DNA of 63,730 bases, counting the filler, from Catajapyx aquilonaris (taxonomy: Eukaryota): assembly GCA_000934665.2 (NCBI GenBank). It is 4 parts of 4 records of this genome, joined end to end, with 100 filler letters (N's around TTAATTAATTAA, not from the genome) between each part and the next. Parts side by side here need not be neighbours in the genome. Positions count along the whole stretch, not along the records: positions 47,887 to 63,730 come from JYFJ02007370.1; 3 more parts are not named here. One strand, 5' to 3'. The notes beneath the pieces are model-generated. The model searched no databases. It was not told the origin of the DNA and was given only the letters and a program-made list of their open reading frames with translations. Made by a program: the position numbers and the translations under genes. Below, one piece after another: positions 62,092 to 63,730 of the stretch. Position 1 is the first letter of the stretch. Each line of letters starts with the position of its first letter.

Positions 62092-63538
62092 AATTACAAA
62101 GTGTGCCGCCCTCTACCTTCGATTGCAATGTTGTGCTGCCATCTGTCAGTTAAGCCCGAAAATTGGAATGAATGCGGCTGTCACAAGCCAGTTGACATTT
62201 CAACCTTCGCTTTATCATTTACTACTCTTGGAAATCTCCTTATTACTCGCTACATCTTATTTACAGCATGGGATGTACTGTGCATGACACCTGTTGGCTC
62301 TAAAACTGGAAGTTCCATCTTTAATCCCTACTTTTCATTACAATCTTCCTCCTTAAATGCAAATCTGCCTCAGAACACACGACGTCATTTTATTACACCA
62401 TAATGAACTTCATCCGCACATGTTACCCGTATTTATTATTCATAATGAAGCGAATCCTGCTGGATTACCCTAGATTACACTCCTATTCTCTAGGAGACGC
62501 ATAAAGGAGCCTGCATATAGTCTGCCTTTGTCGCGGTGAGCTCAGGTAGTAGTGTGAAAGGGTCGGAGAGGGAGGGGGGACCGGCAGGGGGGGAGGTGCT
62601 ATGAGATGCTGAGATGCAATATTACGAGGCACACCAGCAATTAAGCCAGCAAATGAACAAGCAGACCGAGGTGACAAGGACGTGGGGGTGCGTTCCCATG
62701 GAAGCCTCCCCGGATATGAAATATTCATATGTCACAGAGACAGCGACATGTTCAACACCACCTCGCGGGACGCTACCTAATAATATCAGATCTCAGAGGC
62801 GCCATTTTTAAAGCCTATGTTACTATCCCGTTAGATGTTACCGGTCATTCCTATGTGGAGCAGATAAATCGTATTTCACATGTGACCCTCATCAACTCCA
62901 TATTTTCCCGCCCTCCGGATATCAATCCGGTGGACGAACTGGGGAGATTGTAGAAATAAAGGATGGGAGGGTGGAGGAGAAGAGGGGAGGACGCCAAGGC
63001 GGAAATTGTCCACCGATCGATTTAACAAGGACCCCAGATGACGAAGTGAGATTGGGATTAATCCGGGGAGGGTCCCCCGGAATGAGTCCCCGGTTTTTCT
63101 GCGGGTGATGAAAAACCTGAATGTATATCTGAATCGCCGTAATGAAGGTGCGGGAACTGGATGCAATTTCCTATCGCCAGGATTGGGAAAGGGTGTGGGG
63201 GGAAGGCAGGGAAGGGAGTGGGAGGGGGGAGGGGATGTGGTGAAAAAGAAGTTACGTTCAGTTCGGGAAAAGTGTCCAACCCTCCCAGGAAATGTGGCTT
63301 TTCCTTTTCCATAGAAACGTCTTTCATGCAAAATCATATTTCTAGCGGAAGTGCACGTCATCTCTACCATATACTCCCTTTTACCCAAATACTATTTGGG
63401 AAGGGGAAAGATCATTTCCTGCATCCTGCTGTGAAACGTAATTACGTAAAATCAGTTTTTGATTTTTTAGTATTGCTATATTGCGATAAGAACGCACTTT
63501 ACGTTTCCGACCAAGCTAGAAAATTAGATTGTTATGTA

Positions 63539-63671
63539 CTATGGCCCAAAAAAGGATCGTCGCGAGTTATCCTGGCTTGGATGCAACCCATTTCCCAGGT
63601 ATGTGCACACCTGTGCAATGGGTTGCATCCCAGCCAGGATAACTCGCGACGATCCCTTTTTTGGGCCATAG
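63539..63671. mobile_element. Hairpin mini-MITE
   Basis: CTATGGCCCAAAAAAGGATCGTCGCGAGTTATCCTGGC ... GCCAGGATAACTCGCGACGATCCCTTTTTTGGGCCATAG. Confidence 0.82.
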
Positions 63672-63730
63672 CGCCTGTTACAAAGTACGGTGGAAGAGTA
63701 CGTACTGCACGGACAGTGGCGGATTTAGGG

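Overview
Repeat-rich eukaryotic genomic DNA, most likely from an arthropod; the taxon is inferred from the IDH3A sequence and TE families. The window is not contiguous. It is four ~15.9-kb scaffolds (15876, 15858, 15852, 15844 bp, decreasing in size) joined by identical 100-bp N44-TTAATTAATTAA-N44 linkers. The only clearly intact host gene is a complete 6-exon mitochondrial NAD-dependent isocitrate dehydrogenase alpha subunit (IDH3A, 356 aa, minus strand, 31996-35709). Segment 1 holds decayed DNA-transposon genes: two or three Sola1-type DDE transposases, a THAP domain, a pogo DDE_1 fragment, and DUF4806 and C2H2 ORFs typical of CACTA-like elements. Segment 2 has a Ty3/gypsy gag with a tRNA-Leu PBS, a probable decayed MULE, and several large foldback elements, one with a three-level nested insertion. 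Two tRNA-derived SINE families with target-site duplications, Helitron-like elements and about 20 palindromic MITEs or hairpins are spread throughout. Most short ORFs in the supplied track are artefacts of these repeats. I found no convincing novel protein-coding system. The most unusual signals are the architecture of the foldback elements, a possible SINE/LINE partner pair and a possible Sola1 transposase/MITE pair.
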